DNA of 64,000 bases from the human T2T-CHM13v2.0 reference genome, Homo sapiens. Positions 14,557-29,303 of this stretch are shown piece after piece. Positions within the stretch are counted from its first letter, which is position 1. Each line of letters starts with the position of its first letter. Location of the stretch: assembly GCF_009914755.1 (NCBI RefSeq), contig NC_060926.1. The stretch is one strand, 5' to 3'. The notes under the pieces are model-generated. The model did not search any database, was not told where the DNA came from, and was given only the letters and a program-made list of their open reading frames with translations. A program made the translations under genes and the position numbers.

Positions 14557-15251
14557 CTGCAAAAAACAGTCAAGATAAACCAATGTTTGAACATGTTAAC
14601 CACATCAATTGATCCCAGACACATCACATGCTTACTTCAAACACAATCCTGCTAAGAGTCCCCACGGCTGATCATGAGTGTGAGAACCGCTGAACACTGT
14701 TCATTTTTCCAGTGAATGATGTATATTTTGATAACATGACATGCTCATGCTGTGATCCCAAATTTAAGGGCCCCCTGACTTTCCTTTATCCTTCTGAACA
14801 AAATACTAATTAGCTCCACGATATTTTAGGTTGGCAGCAAATTATACTAAAAATGTCAATAAAATTGATTCAGTAAAACTTGAAATTGCTATCAATATTT
14901 CATTAACTTAATAGGAGAAACAGAGAAATGAAAAACCTACCTCTAATATGAGCTTTTAAAATTTAAAATATATATGAAGTAAAATGCTGATCTTAAAATC
15001 AAGTACAGAATGCCCAGTGAATACAACTAATATCGAAATCATTTTGGGGGCATTTAATTTTATATATGAAAAGTCTTCCAGTGTCTATAAACTTGCATCT
15101 TAAAACATTCAAACATGATGAGTACTAGTAAAACAGAAAAATCAGGGCTGGTAAGTAAAATGTTGTTTTGGGAGATCTCACATGGTGTATGTGGAGACAA
15201 AGTTAGGCGAGGGGCTGTGTCATTTTTTGAGGAAAGAGGGACAAGAACAAA

Positions 15252-15858
15252 GGGCTCCGGGTGCACGCTGGGGCCTGTGTGGGCTCTGGGTGCAGGTGAG
15301 GCCTGTGTGGGCTCCAGGTACATGCTGGGACCTGTGTGGGCTCCGGGTGCATGCTGGGGCCTGTGTGGGCTCTGGGTGCAGGTGAGGCCTGTGTGAGCTC
15401 CGGGTGCATGCTGAGGCCTTTATGGGCTCCGGGTGCATGCTGGGGCCTGTGTGGGCTCTGGGTGCAGGTGAGGCCTGTGTGGGCTCTGGGTGCATGCTGG
15501 GGCCTTTATGGGCTCCGGGTGCATGCTGGGGCCTGTGTGGGCTCTGGGTGTATGCTGGGGCCTGTATGAGCTCCGGGTGCAGGTGAGGCCTGTGTGGGCT
15601 CCGGGTGCAGGTGAGGCCTGTGTGGGCTCTGGGTGCATACTGGGGCCTGTGTGGGCTCTGGGTGCATGCTGGGGCCTGTGTGGGCTCTGGGTGCATGCTG
15701 GGGCCTGTGTGGGCTCCGGGTACATGCTGGGGCCTGTGTGGGCTCTGGGTGCAGGTGAGGCCTGTGTGGGCTCTGGGTGCATGCTGGGGCCTGTGTGGGC
15801 TCTGGGTGCATGCTGGGGCCTATGTGGGCTCCGGGTGCAGCTGAGGCCTGTGTGAACT
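15252..15858. repeat. GC-rich minisatellite, about 21 units of 28 or 29 bp, in IQCA1 intron 3
   Basis: Units gggctc(c/t)gggtgcatgctggggcctgtgt (29 bp) and gggctctgggtgcaggtgaggcctgtgt (28 bp). Confidence 0.95.
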
Positions 15859-16004
15859 CTGAGCAGGCTCAATGGGAGGCCCCAGTGCTGTTCCAGAGGC
15901 CCCAGAGCAAGGGAACAGGGGCTCATGTGGCCTGGCTTGGGGGGTGTCCATGCATGGATGGAAGCAGAAGGGACAGATCACTGGAGTCAGAAAAGCACCA
16001 AAGA

Positions 16005-16318
16005 GGCCAGGCACAGTGGCTCACACCTGTAATCCCAGCACTTTGGGATGCCGAGGTGGGAGGATTACTTGAGTCCAGGAATTTTAAGACCAGGCTGGGC
16101 AAAGCGGTGAGACCCCGTCTCTAAAAAAATTTTTTTTAAATTAGTGGAGTGTTGTGGGACACACCTGCAGTCCCAGCCACTTGGGAAGCTGGGGCGAGAG
16201 GATCACTTGAGCCCAGAAATTGGAGGCTACAATAAGCTATGATCATGCCACTGCATTGTGGCTTGGGCAACAGAGTGAGATTCTGTCTCTAAAAAGAATT
16301 TAAAAATAAATTTAAAAA
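16005..16318 (+). mobile_element. Alu (AluJ-like)
   Basis: Diverged dimer; TSD gaaaagcaccaaag. Confidence 0.9.
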
Positions 16319-17131
16319 GAAAAGCACCAAAGCATAGGTGAAGCCTGTTTCCAGGCCTCAGAGGGCAGCAATGGTTGCCACAGTAGGACAATGTGAAGGT
16401 GCTGAGGCTTCATGTGTGGGGCGCTGCCACCAGGGCCACTGCTGCCAGGATGATCCCTCTTCTGTGCAACAAGGCCAGGGTCAGGGGCACAGGAAGGAGT
16501 GAGAAGGAGAGGAAAGGCACATGTATACTGAGAACCTGCAGATGTCAGATGCTTTTTATATGCATGCTCATCACATTCACAAGAGCAAACTCCAAGGCTG
16601 GTGTTACTGTGACCACTTAAGAGTGAAGACAACTGAGGATCAAAGAAGTAAGGTAACTTATGCAAGGCCCCGTGGGTAAGAAGAGAAGGAGCCAATTTGA
16701 ATAGACTGACCGTCTTTCCACTAAGCAACCCACTACCCTTCAACATGGCACAAGGAATATGATTGCTTATGAGGAAGCTCTTTCACATAACAATCCCTCT
16801 GAGTTTGTTTTCAGTAAGATTTCACTGCTTCAAATTTGCAGTGAGCACACATTTTCAATAATGCACTTGTCAAGTTAGAGTAGAACGAGTATCATTCTGG
16901 CATTAAATGAGATGATGAACTTAGCATACAGTACCCAGCAAACATGAGTTAGTATCGTATTTCTTTCCTTTAGATTCCGGGCTGTCATTCTGAAAATAGT
17001 CGTGGCCATTATCAAATAATTCTAAGGGATTTTGAGTAGGGAACTCAACATGTCAAACATTTTTAAGCATTTAAGGAGGCCCACAGTGGATATTAATGTA
17101 GGAGATGGACAATAATTTTCATGCATCAAAA

Positions 17132-17625
17132 TTCTTCTTGGGTTATATATATTGTGTGTGTGTCTGCATGCGTGTGTGTGTATATATATACATATACACA
17201 TATATACATGTCTCATAAGACCCCTTTAAGCTGCTTATATACAGTACATATCCCAAGAAGAATATATTGTGTGTGTGTGTGTATATATATGTGTATATAT
17301 ATGACTGTGTATATATATGTGTGTATATATGTGTATATATATACAGTATATACCCCAAGAATATATTGTGTGTATATATGTGTATATATATGTGTGTATA
17401 TATATATACAGTATATATATATATGTATATATATATACAGTATATATATATATACACACAGTATATACCCCAAGAAGAATATATACTCTGTGTGTGTGTG
17501 TATATATATACAGTGTGTATATATATATATATATACAGTATATATATATATACACAGTATATATATATATATATATATACACACACAGTATATAAGCAGC
17601 TTAAAGAAAGGGGTCTTATGAGACA
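17132..17625. repeat. Compound TA/TG/CA tract with nested inverted duplications
   Basis: See findings. Inverted copies at 17209-17242 and 17588-17625. Confidence 0.9.
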
Positions 17626-18157
17626 CCAAAGGCCATGGGGAAGTCGCAGCAGGGAAGTCCTTGTGGTTTTCTGAGCCCCTGGCACATGTGAAATGAGACT
17701 GGGGTGGAGATGAAGTACTTAACCCAGTGGAGGTGATAGGGGCTGGCCAAAGCTGGATGCTGAAGGAACATAGAAGCCTGTCTGCTCTGACTGAGAACAA
17801 ATGAAGAGGAACAGTGAGCAGGACAAATGGCAAAGAGGAATTTTTAGGATTTCACTGTAGTGAGTGCAACGTAATCTCCCTTCTCCATTTTCCAACACAA
17901 AATCTTTAGTAATTCTGCAGTGCTCATCACTGCTTGGTGCAAAGGGATTCCTTTCAGGGAATGAAGTGTGAGTGCTTCGCTCTGACTGATGCATGGACAG
18001 AAAGCACAGACATAGGAGCCCAGTGGTGAAAGGATGGCTAGTTGACCCCCAAGTAAGTTGGCTTTGGAATGGACTTCAAGGAATTCATAATGTAAAAGAA
18101 GGGCCAGTAGCTGGGAGCAGGGGCACAGGAAGGAGAGGTCATCTTGAGTTAAATGGG

Positions 18158-18523
18158 TGCTATGGTTTAAACGTGTCCCACAAACTTCATGTGCTAGAAA
18201 CTTAGTCCCCAATGCAACAGTGTTGGGACGTGGGACTTTTAAGAGGTGATGAGGTCATGAGGCCTCTGTCCTCAAAATGAATTAATACTGTTATCGGGGG
18301 AATAGCTTCCTGCTAAAAGGATGAGCTCACCGCCTTACTTCTTGCTCTCTTACTATGTGATTCCTTCTGCCATGTTATGACACTGCAAGAAGGCCCTTAC
18401 CAGATGCAACTCCTCAATACTGGACTTCCAAGCCTCCAGAACCATAAGCAAAATAAACTTCTGTTGTCTTTAAATTACCCAGTCTGTGGTATTCTGTTAT
18501 ACCAGCACAAAATGGACTAAGCC
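18158..18523 (+). mobile_element. MST-family MaLR LTR
   Basis: tgctatggtttaaacgtgtccc...cagcacaaaatggactaag. Confidence 0.85.
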
Positions 18524-19299
18524 AGTATGTCAGGAAAGGTTTCTTGAAGGATGGTGTATCAAGTTAGGCTCCGCAGAATGGGTACCATTTTGATGAGCAG
18601 GTATGTAAGGGAGAAGAACAAGCCCTCTATCCAGCAGGGAACATGCCTATGGGAAATGAGAGACAGCACTGGGCTGGCAAATACAGGGCATGCATTTCAC
18701 CTCTCTTCTGAGGCAGGCACACAGGGCACTTTTTTCTCCTGCCATCCTCAGCATACACTTGGAATCTTCCTTAACACCATCACCCAGGCTGGCAATACCC
18801 AATGAGGGCTATTTGTAGAAAGACTGCAGGTGCTGGTTTACCCTGGGACCCTGGCCTGCAGTTGCAGCCTCAGCATAGTTACTCATAGTGCCCCTTTCAC
18901 CCTGGAGTGTCCCAGCTTGAATGGACAAGTGCTGCCTTACAGCTTAGGACATGAAGGCCAGCCAGAAGGGTGAGGCAGTAAGTTACTGAAATGTATAGGC
19001 AGATCTGCCATCCTGCCAGAAGGTAGATAGGGCAGTGCCCTGTGGAAAGGGTGGGAAGAAGACTCCCCACCAGTAGGCTGCATGGGGGATGACTGCAAGA
19101 ATCCAGGAGGTGGTCATGAGAGTCAGGCTAAGACAGCTGTGGAAACAGGAAAAAGATGCAGCTGCACAAATCCTGTGGACAAAGGAGGTATCGGGGCACA
19201 GAACTAAATGGATTCTGTTCCTTGCTTCCCAGGAGGGATCTTTATGGATTATTCTTCCCCCAATGACAGTCCATTCAAGGTGATCCAAGTGTCACTCAA

Positions 19300-19654
19300 T
19301 GTATTAGTCCGTTTTCACACTGCTGATAAAGACTTACCTGAGACTGGGCAATTTACAAAAGAAAGAGGTTTAATGGACTCACAGTTCCATGTGGCTAGGG
19401 AGGCCTCACAATCATGGCAGAAGGTGAAAGGCACATCTCATATGGCGGCAGACAAGACAGTTTGTGCAGGGAAACTCCCCTTTATAAAACCATCAGATCT
19501 TGTGAGATTTATTCACTATCACAAGAACGGCACAGGAAAGACCCACCTCCATGATTCAATTACCTCCCACCAGGTTCCTCCCACAACACATGGGAATTGT
19601 GGGAGCTACAGTTCAAGATGAGATTTGGGTGGGGACATAGTCAAACCATATCTA
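19300..19654 (-). mobile_element. THE1 solo LTR
   Basis: tgtattagtccgttttcacactgctgataaagac...caaaccatatc; 5-bp TSD ctcaa. Confidence 0.9.
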
Positions 19655-20076
19655 CTCAACCTGCAATTATAAAAGGCCAATCAGCATTTTTAGAAAGTGT
19701 AGTAACTTTCAAGTTCCTAGTAAGTTATGTCAGCACTTAATTATTTTACATGAACAACATTTAGCTTCTGACTTCAGCTAGATGAATTTGAGATGAAACA
19801 TTAAACTGCGTTGATAATCAACAGATACTGATTTAAGTAGCATATCTCAGTGTCTAAGCTCTTGATCTCAGTGTCTAAGCTCTTGAAAAATAATGATTAT
19901 ATATCACCAAAAGCACATCCAAAAGTTATGCAACTTCTTATGTACTGTATAACGAGGGAGGGATCATTCTCTGCTTAAACTGAAAATAATCTAAGTGTTG
20001 CTCACACAATTAGGAGCAGCAGAAAAAGGAAGTTACACAGATTATGGATTAATGTTTGTTAAAATGATATACAAAC

Positions 20077-20196
20077 CATGTCAGATGTATCTATTCCGCT
20101 GTCCGCTAATATTTGAGCAAGAATTTTCTCTCTTCCTTTTATTACTTCCAACTTCTCCTTCAAAAAATACTTGGGTATGGGAATATCTAATTGTTG
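20077..20196 (-). CDS. IQCA1: IQCA1/DRC11 coding exon 3 (120 nt; [40 protein letters not shown])
   Basis: Not in the ORF track; translated by hand. Acceptor tttctcttctctag|CAA, donor ATG|gtttgt. Phase 0-0, in frame with exons 2 and 4. Confidence 0.92.
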
Positions 20197-21318
20197 CTAG
20201 AGAAGAGAAAGAATAAAAAAGAGTATTTCCGTCACAATGCCAGGACTAGAACTTTATTTAAAATATACAGTAAGGACGTGCACATCAAAGACGCTTGCTT
20301 TACTTCCCATTTTCATTTAAGAAAAAAAAAATGAGGCCAGCGGAGTGAGGAGAATTCATTTACTAAAGAGACACAAAGTCAGAAAGAAAATCATAACCAT
20401 GCCCCTTGCTTTAATCATTACAGAAAAGCATCAAGAGTTCACATCAATTAGGCCTCAATTAACTAATGATTACTTAATAGATTTCTTTAAAGAAATACAA
20501 TATTACCTCGTTTTACCTAAAATAATGGTTCAAATTGCAGTAGTAAAGTATTAAGCTGTAGAGATCTTTGAATTAAACCTAATAATTTATCATTAGCACC
20601 GACTATTTGTATGTAAATAGTCACATTTTTTTCTAGTAATTTGGTTTTATTTTTACCAAAATTACCCCATTGCAAAAATTATTTACAAAAGTAGTTTGCT
20701 TTATTGTGAAACTTGTTTTTATATAATAAACTTCTATCCTTCATTTGTGCATGTTACCAAATATTTCAAACCAGTGGGGGGTCAGATGAAAATTTATCAG
20801 TTCAAATTGAGTAAAAAGGAGTACAGAAGTGCTATTTAAGGATATGGGTATGCCCTTGGCCAATCCCACTGAGAAACATTATCCTAGAATTTCTGTCAGA
20901 CCTGCCTGGCTGTTTTGACAGGAAAGCAAAGGTCTTTGTTTTCAGAATTGGCTACCTTATTTTTTTTTCCAATTCTAGGTGTGACTCCCCATAACCTCCC
21001 TCCAGCCCAGAGAATTTTGGATAGGCCTTCCCCTAAGTAAACATTTAAGCCTAAGAGGGTATCATTTTTAGGACCTGGTGGGACAGTATCCCCATGACTT
21101 CTGGGAGGTGACAATGTCTTTTGAACACCAAACCTTTCTGAGGCTCATGGAGTGCTGGGGGTGACGGGAGAGTGAACTAGCAGAGTCTAGTGGGTGGGTG
21201 TGGCCTGAGGAGAGAGGGCAGTAGGAGAAGAATGATGACACTTTGATTTAATGTGATTTTATTTATTAACAAGCACATTCAAGTGTGGTACTTTTATAAC
21301 TTTGAAGACAAAACCTCA

Positions 21319-21740
<422 letters not shown>

Positions 21741-23471
21741 CTATGTCCATGATGCGTTTCATGTCCATCCCTGAAACCTTGAGGTTTCTCATTCCCTATG
21801 GAGTGGAATCTAGGAAACTTCTGGTGGTAGAGAAAGCCTCTTCCCCACCATATATGTCTCTCTATGAGGTGGGCCCAGTAGGAAAGGTTCCTCACATGGC
21901 AGGTTACAGACATAGTCTTCGGACTAAGGGGCAGTTTAAGGAAGGATTTGGGGAACTCATGGAACCAAGGGCAGGAACCCAGCTGGGTGTTTGTCAGTAC
22001 CAGGGTTGTGGCCAAGAATGAAGATGCCTTCAGCCCACCCCAACCAACCATGTGGGATTCAGTGACAGCACATGGTTCAGTCACTATTTCTAGGACTGCT
22101 AGGAAACACTGTTGACCGCCCTCTGCACGAAGGCTTCCTGGATGCCATCTGCTCATTTGTCACTGCTCTTGGTGCTTGGTGGCCCCATCCCCACGGCAAC
22201 AATGGCATGTCCTTTAGGAAGATGATGTCCCTGGAGCAGAGGGGCCTGGCTGATGCAGCAGGAAAGGCAAGGCCGTGGAGTAGCCGCCACATAGAGCCCC
22301 AAATGCGCTATTCCTTAACAACAGGGGCATGACTTCCTATTCTTGAAATTCAACTAATAAATGTAATATTCATTAATTAAATTTAGGAATATGATTTAAT
22401 AACTATTTGTTTCACAGTTATCCTAAATTGTTCATATTGTCACTTTAGTGAGTAAAGTGCACCAGATTAAATCTGGTGATTGGCCCATGCTCTTATAGAT
22501 GAATGCAATAAACATAAAACTTTTAGAATAATCATCAACATTTTCATTCATTTCAGTTATTCTCATTACTCCATTCTGATAAAATAATAATGTGAGGAAA
22601 GCCTATCTCAGAAAGAAAGGTACCTCTATAAAAGCCCAAATATTTTCAAGGAGAAGAAACGTGAAACCCTCATGTAGAAAATTAAAGACTTTCTCCTTTC
22701 GATTTTACTTCAAGGAAATGTTCCTTTCAAAATGAAGGTGAGCTCCCAGGACCATGACACTGAGGGGAGGTGGCCAGTGGCCCCGGCAGCCCAGCCAGCC
22801 TGAGTCAGAAGAGAGGCCCTGTGCTCGGCAGGAACGTCGGAGGGCAGCAGCAGGGGCCGAATGCTCGCAGGAGGGGGCTGTGGTTGCCAGGCGCCAGCAT
22901 CAAGGGCTCCAGGGAGAGAGGGAAGGAAGGGAAGAGAAGCAGAGGGAAAGAGGGAGAGCAAGCACATGAGCTCTCCTTTGATGTCTGAGGCCCACTGCCA
23001 TGTAAGCCATACATTCCCCTGGGTCACCACTGACCCAAAGTAAGGAGGAGATGCATCCACTTGGCAATAGGGAACCTGTGACCAACAGGCTACAGAGAGA
23101 TTCCATGGAAACAGAGGAGCGGGCGCTGCTACTGGATGCTGGGAGGGTCTGTGTTTCAAGGGTGCTGATGAAAGGGCTGGCCCACTGCATTCCAACAGCC
23201 CTGGGCAGACACTACGATGTCAGGTAAGACCACAGCCACGACAGTGCCTAACACAGCCAAGAAGTGTGCAGATGCATCTGCACCAGAAAGAAAGGGAGCC
23301 CAATCCTTGTCCGTGACAGCATGGTGTAATTGAAGGCAAATGTTTAGATTTTCCGTACACCAACTAGTAAACACGGACAGGAAGTCTGTAGAGTATCGTG
23401 TACAGATATCGGGTACATATCTTATTTATAACAAAAAAAAGCAACTAATAAGAAAACAACAGAGTGCTTAC

Positions 23472-23796
23472 GGGGGCCAGCTTGAGATCCTGCAGGATAT
23501 CATCGAAATAATGGAACTCCGTGAGTTCCAGCTCCACCATCTCGTTCTTCAGCTCCAGGATGCGGCCCATCACCCCGTCCAGGACTTTCCTGATCAGTAT
23601 TCGTTTCTGGGGGTGGACGAACTGGTCGTAGACATTCTCTAGGTTTCTAAAGATCTGCACATACTTTACGTAGAAGGTGGCTAATGTTTGAAAGATGAAA
23701 ACCTGATTTCTTTGTGGTTCAATCATCTTCTGAGGCTCTTTATCGAGTAAAGCACCGAGGGCTTCTTGGGTCTGATGCCACATCTTATTATACATT
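23472..23796 (-). CDS. IQCA1: IQCA1/DRC11 coding exon 2 (325 nt; [22 protein letters not shown]...[11 protein letters not shown])
   Basis: Lies within ORF 23445..23930(-). Acceptor ctctcttcccccag|A, donor CCC|gtaagc. Sequence recognised as the IQCA1 N-terminus. Confidence 0.95.
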
Positions 23797-24059
23797 CTGG
23801 GGGAAGAGAGAGAATTTAGATGATACAGTAAATAAAAATCACTTGGTAAAACATAAACATCGGGCCTCTGGTATAGCAAAATATAACACAGAATCAAGTG
23901 TGAGCTAAGAATATAGTTATATAGTTGCAAGGCTTGATAGACAATTTATATCCTGTTCTGATGTCCTTCTGATTTCTGAATATGTACCACCACTATTATC
24001 ATCAAATAAATAGTTTAAAAAGCATTTTGTCTAAATGATATAAAGTTGTTCCTCACTTG

Positions 24060-24460
24060 GCCCATAAAGCCACTATTATTATACCCATTTAAAAGATGAC
24101 AAAGTTGATATCCAGAATAGTTAACTTATTTGTCCATATACACAGCTGGTGAAGTATATTTTGGAACAACCAGTTTGGAAAGTAATGTAGCATTTTCTTA
24201 TTAAGTTGAACGTGTGCATACCCTGTGAATGAATAATTATACCCTAGAGAAACTTGTAAATATGCATCAAGAATGATCACTTGCATTTTTTAAATAATAG
24301 TAAAAACCTGTAGATAACATAAATGTCCACCAGTAAGAGAGTGGATAAATAAATTGTAGTATATACACCAATGGACTATCACACAGCAGTGAAAAATGAA
24401 TGAATGAAGTACAGCAAAAGGCAACCACTAAGAATCTTAGAACCATGATGTACAGTGTGA
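24060..24460 (+). mobile_element. Old L1M 3' fragment
   Basis: aaatgtccaccagtaagagagtggataaataaattgtagtatatac... Confidence 0.65.
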
Positions 24461-24495
24461 GAAATGAGGTGCAGGCTGGGCGTGGTGAGGTGCAG

Positions 24496-24979
<484 letters not shown>

Positions 24980-25510
24980 TTAAGGTGGTGGTGGCTCTGC
25001 TGTGGCTGGCCCCAGAATACTGCCCCATCCTTTGCCGGTTTCCCGAGACTATGTCCACATCTTTGTTACTGGTCCCTTTATTAGGCCCTCATGAGTGTCC
25101 CCGCTTTTCCTGCCAGAGCCAATACCTTCATGGTAGAGATTCCCACCTTCCCCTACCAAATTTCAGGTGATTTTTTTATTCTGCTTTTACATTCAAGAAC
25201 CAGGACTGAAAAGTGAACTGGAAAGTCAGTGTGTCTGGGAAGGAGCTTCACTGTAGAAAGTGGGTGTGGAGAGCCCTGATCATTGATGAAGGAGAAATCG
25301 AAAAATGTCAGTATCTCTCTGTAAGGCCTTTCCCTATGCTAAGGGGAGGGGGCAGCCCTAATCCCCTGAAGGAGAAGCAAGCCGGTCAAGGGGGCTCACC
25401 TCTTGTTTACTGTCAGCCAGGCCACTCATTCCCGTGCTTACCTGTGCCTGGCGTCCTGAGTCCAGGTTGGCTGCATGTGCCATTTTCTGCCTGGTTGGCT
25501 AGTGCCTTAG

Positions 25511-26093
<583 letters not shown>

Positions 26094-26391
26094 TAGCTTT
26101 AAAATCCTTTATTGCCATTTTGGAGGCAATTCAGGAGGAAGAGGAGATAAGTATCCATGGTTAACCACCCTGTTTGACTGGGACTCTCTCTTCTACATTC
26201 CCAAGTCATTATTAAGCAGCCCCTCCAGGCATCCTCTGCCCCAGGCTCACCATCTGCCATTCCTCAAACATGCTCCATTCTTCCCTACAAACTAAGCATC
26301 ATTTATTGAAGCACTGATTAAATGTGCTTTTTTCACCTTTCTGGCGAAAAGGTAAAAGCGTATCTTGATGTTTGCAAGACTTTTGGGTTCA

Positions 26392-26427
<36 letters not shown>
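26392..26427. repeat. (GAT)12 trinucleotide microsatellite
   Basis: Perfect run next to a MIR. Confidence 0.93.
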
Positions 26428-26428
<1 letters not shown>

Positions 26429-26434
26429 GCGAAG

Positions 26435-26660
26435 GTAACAGCTTACATTTATATACTGTCAGTCACTGTCCTAAGTGGTTTCCATGTAATAACTCGTGTA
26501 ATCCTCACAACAACCCTATGAGGTAGGCATAATTATTAGTCCAGTTTATATATGAGAAAACTGAGGCAAAGAGAAGTTACTGCCCAAAGTCACAGAGTTT
26601 GAATGCAGGACGTACATGTAGGCAGTCCGGCTCCAGAGTTCATGCTCTAAACCACTTGAC
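26435..26660 (-). mobile_element. MIR
   Basis: aatcctcacaacaaccctatgaggtagg...gagaaaactgaggc. Confidence 0.85.
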
Positions 26661-26961
26661 TTCATCGCTTCCCGTTTGTCAGGGAGAAAGCAGACGAGGA
26701 AGGAGGGGTCCCGTGACACAGAGGTAATTACATCACAAGCAAACAGACTGAGCGTAAAAACCAACACTCTTCCCCCCAACACCCCACTGAGTCAGGAGAC
26801 TGAATTCTGCCTTTAGAATCCCATCCCCAGCACGTCCGAATGCCAGATTTCTCAAAACTTAGCAATATTTAAACTATTGCTAGTGAAAGAGCACTCTTCC
26901 AGACCAGCTTATTATAAGAAAGAAGGTTATTATCAGAAAATTAGGATTCCACTTGGCACAG

Positions 26962-27657
<696 letters not shown>

Positions 27658-28605
27658 CACAGAACACACATTGACTCCTGGCAGAATTAGTGACTAATAA
27701 ACAATTACACTGATCAGGAACAACAACAACCATCACTCAAAAGAACAACAACAAAAGCAACACCTCATGCCAGTTCAAAGTTCCTGGGACCCTCTGACAT
27801 TCTGCTTGTCCCACCTCAAATAGACAAGCAGGAGGGGCTGGAAGAAGCAAAGATGATTGAGATGATCAAGGGAATGGTTTGGCTGTGGACAACGATCAAG
27901 AACAGAGGATCAGCATGGTGTGAGTTTTCCAAAGTCCAGACTTCTAGGGCCCGAGAAGGGACAGTAAACCCAAGGCGCTCACTGGCCTGAGTGAGGATAC
28001 AGGCTAGACATACTAACAGGTGTGACAACTGTTGACATAAAACAGAACCATGCTCAAGTTGCTTTGTGAGCTTAATAGGATTTGGGGCCCAAACCTGCCA
28101 GGACAACATTCAAGAGGAAAATGACAGGCTAATTTTGTTTAGAACTCGGATCTGAAACTCCACTTAGAAAACAGACTGCAGCTCCAGATCAAAAGAATTG
28201 TTCCCTCTAACCCAGGAGGGTTGACTGCAGGAGTGCTTTTCAGTTCAACACAGAGGAAAGCATAACTCCAGACAGCAACAGTCCAGCAAAACCCCAGCTT
28301 GTTTCATAGATGCCAAGAAGATGCTCAGTAAATTGTAACTTGCAGCACAGGCCTGATTAAAAATGCCCTCCCCACACACCAACAAAAAAAGAATGACGAC
28401 TTCTTCAAAGTGCCAAAAACCAGTGACCCAATGGACCTTCAGTGGAGAAATGCTAGAAATATGCCCCCAAAATTAGCAGTAAAAAAGGACAAGGGGATAC
28501 GTAAGTAATTAATATAAACCATTTTTTAACACCACTGCTTATAAATGGCATGACTGCAAAATCCAAGGAAATCAGTAACAAAAATACATCAATTAGTACA
28601 GCAAG

Positions 28606-28853
28606 GGCCAGGCGTGGTGGCTCACGCCTGTAATCCCAGCACTGGGTGACTGAGGTGGGTGGATCATTTGAGGTCAGGAGTTCCAGACCAGCCTGGCTAA
28701 CATGGTGAAAACCCACCTCTACTAAAAATACAAAAATTAGCTGGGCATGGTGGCAGGCGCCTGTAATCCCAGCTATTTGGGAGGCTGAGACAGGAGAATT
28801 GCTTGAATGTGGAGGCAGAGGTTGCAGTGAGCCGAGATCTCACCACTGCACTC

Positions 28854-28890
<37 letters not shown>
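28606..28890 (+). mobile_element. Alu (AluS) with a long poly(A) tail
   Basis: Dimer; TSD tacagcaa; embedded in L1M remnants. Confidence 0.9.
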
Positions 28891-28895
<5 letters not shown>

Positions 28896-29088
28896 GCAAA
28901 ATTGCAATACTTTAATGCAGAGAAAAAAAATGAAAGCAGAAACCCATTCACAGCACCAATAAAGAACAATAAATATTTAAGAATTCACATGGTGGAAGCC
29001 ACATGAAATCTAGCTAAAGGAAATTCTAGAATGCTAGGTACAGATCAGTGCAAGCAGAAGTCACTATCTGCTCCTGTCTAAAGAGACA

Positions 29089-29303
<215 letters not shown>

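Noticed and set aside
15060-16124. Cluster of overlapping 60-170 aa ORFs on both strands
   Set aside because: Translations of the 28/29-bp minisatellite and the adjacent Alu. The array has no spacers and no cas genes, so it is not a CRISPR array.
17022-17833. Tyr/Ile-rich ORFs up to 206 aa
   Set aside because: Translations of TA/TG low-complexity sequence.
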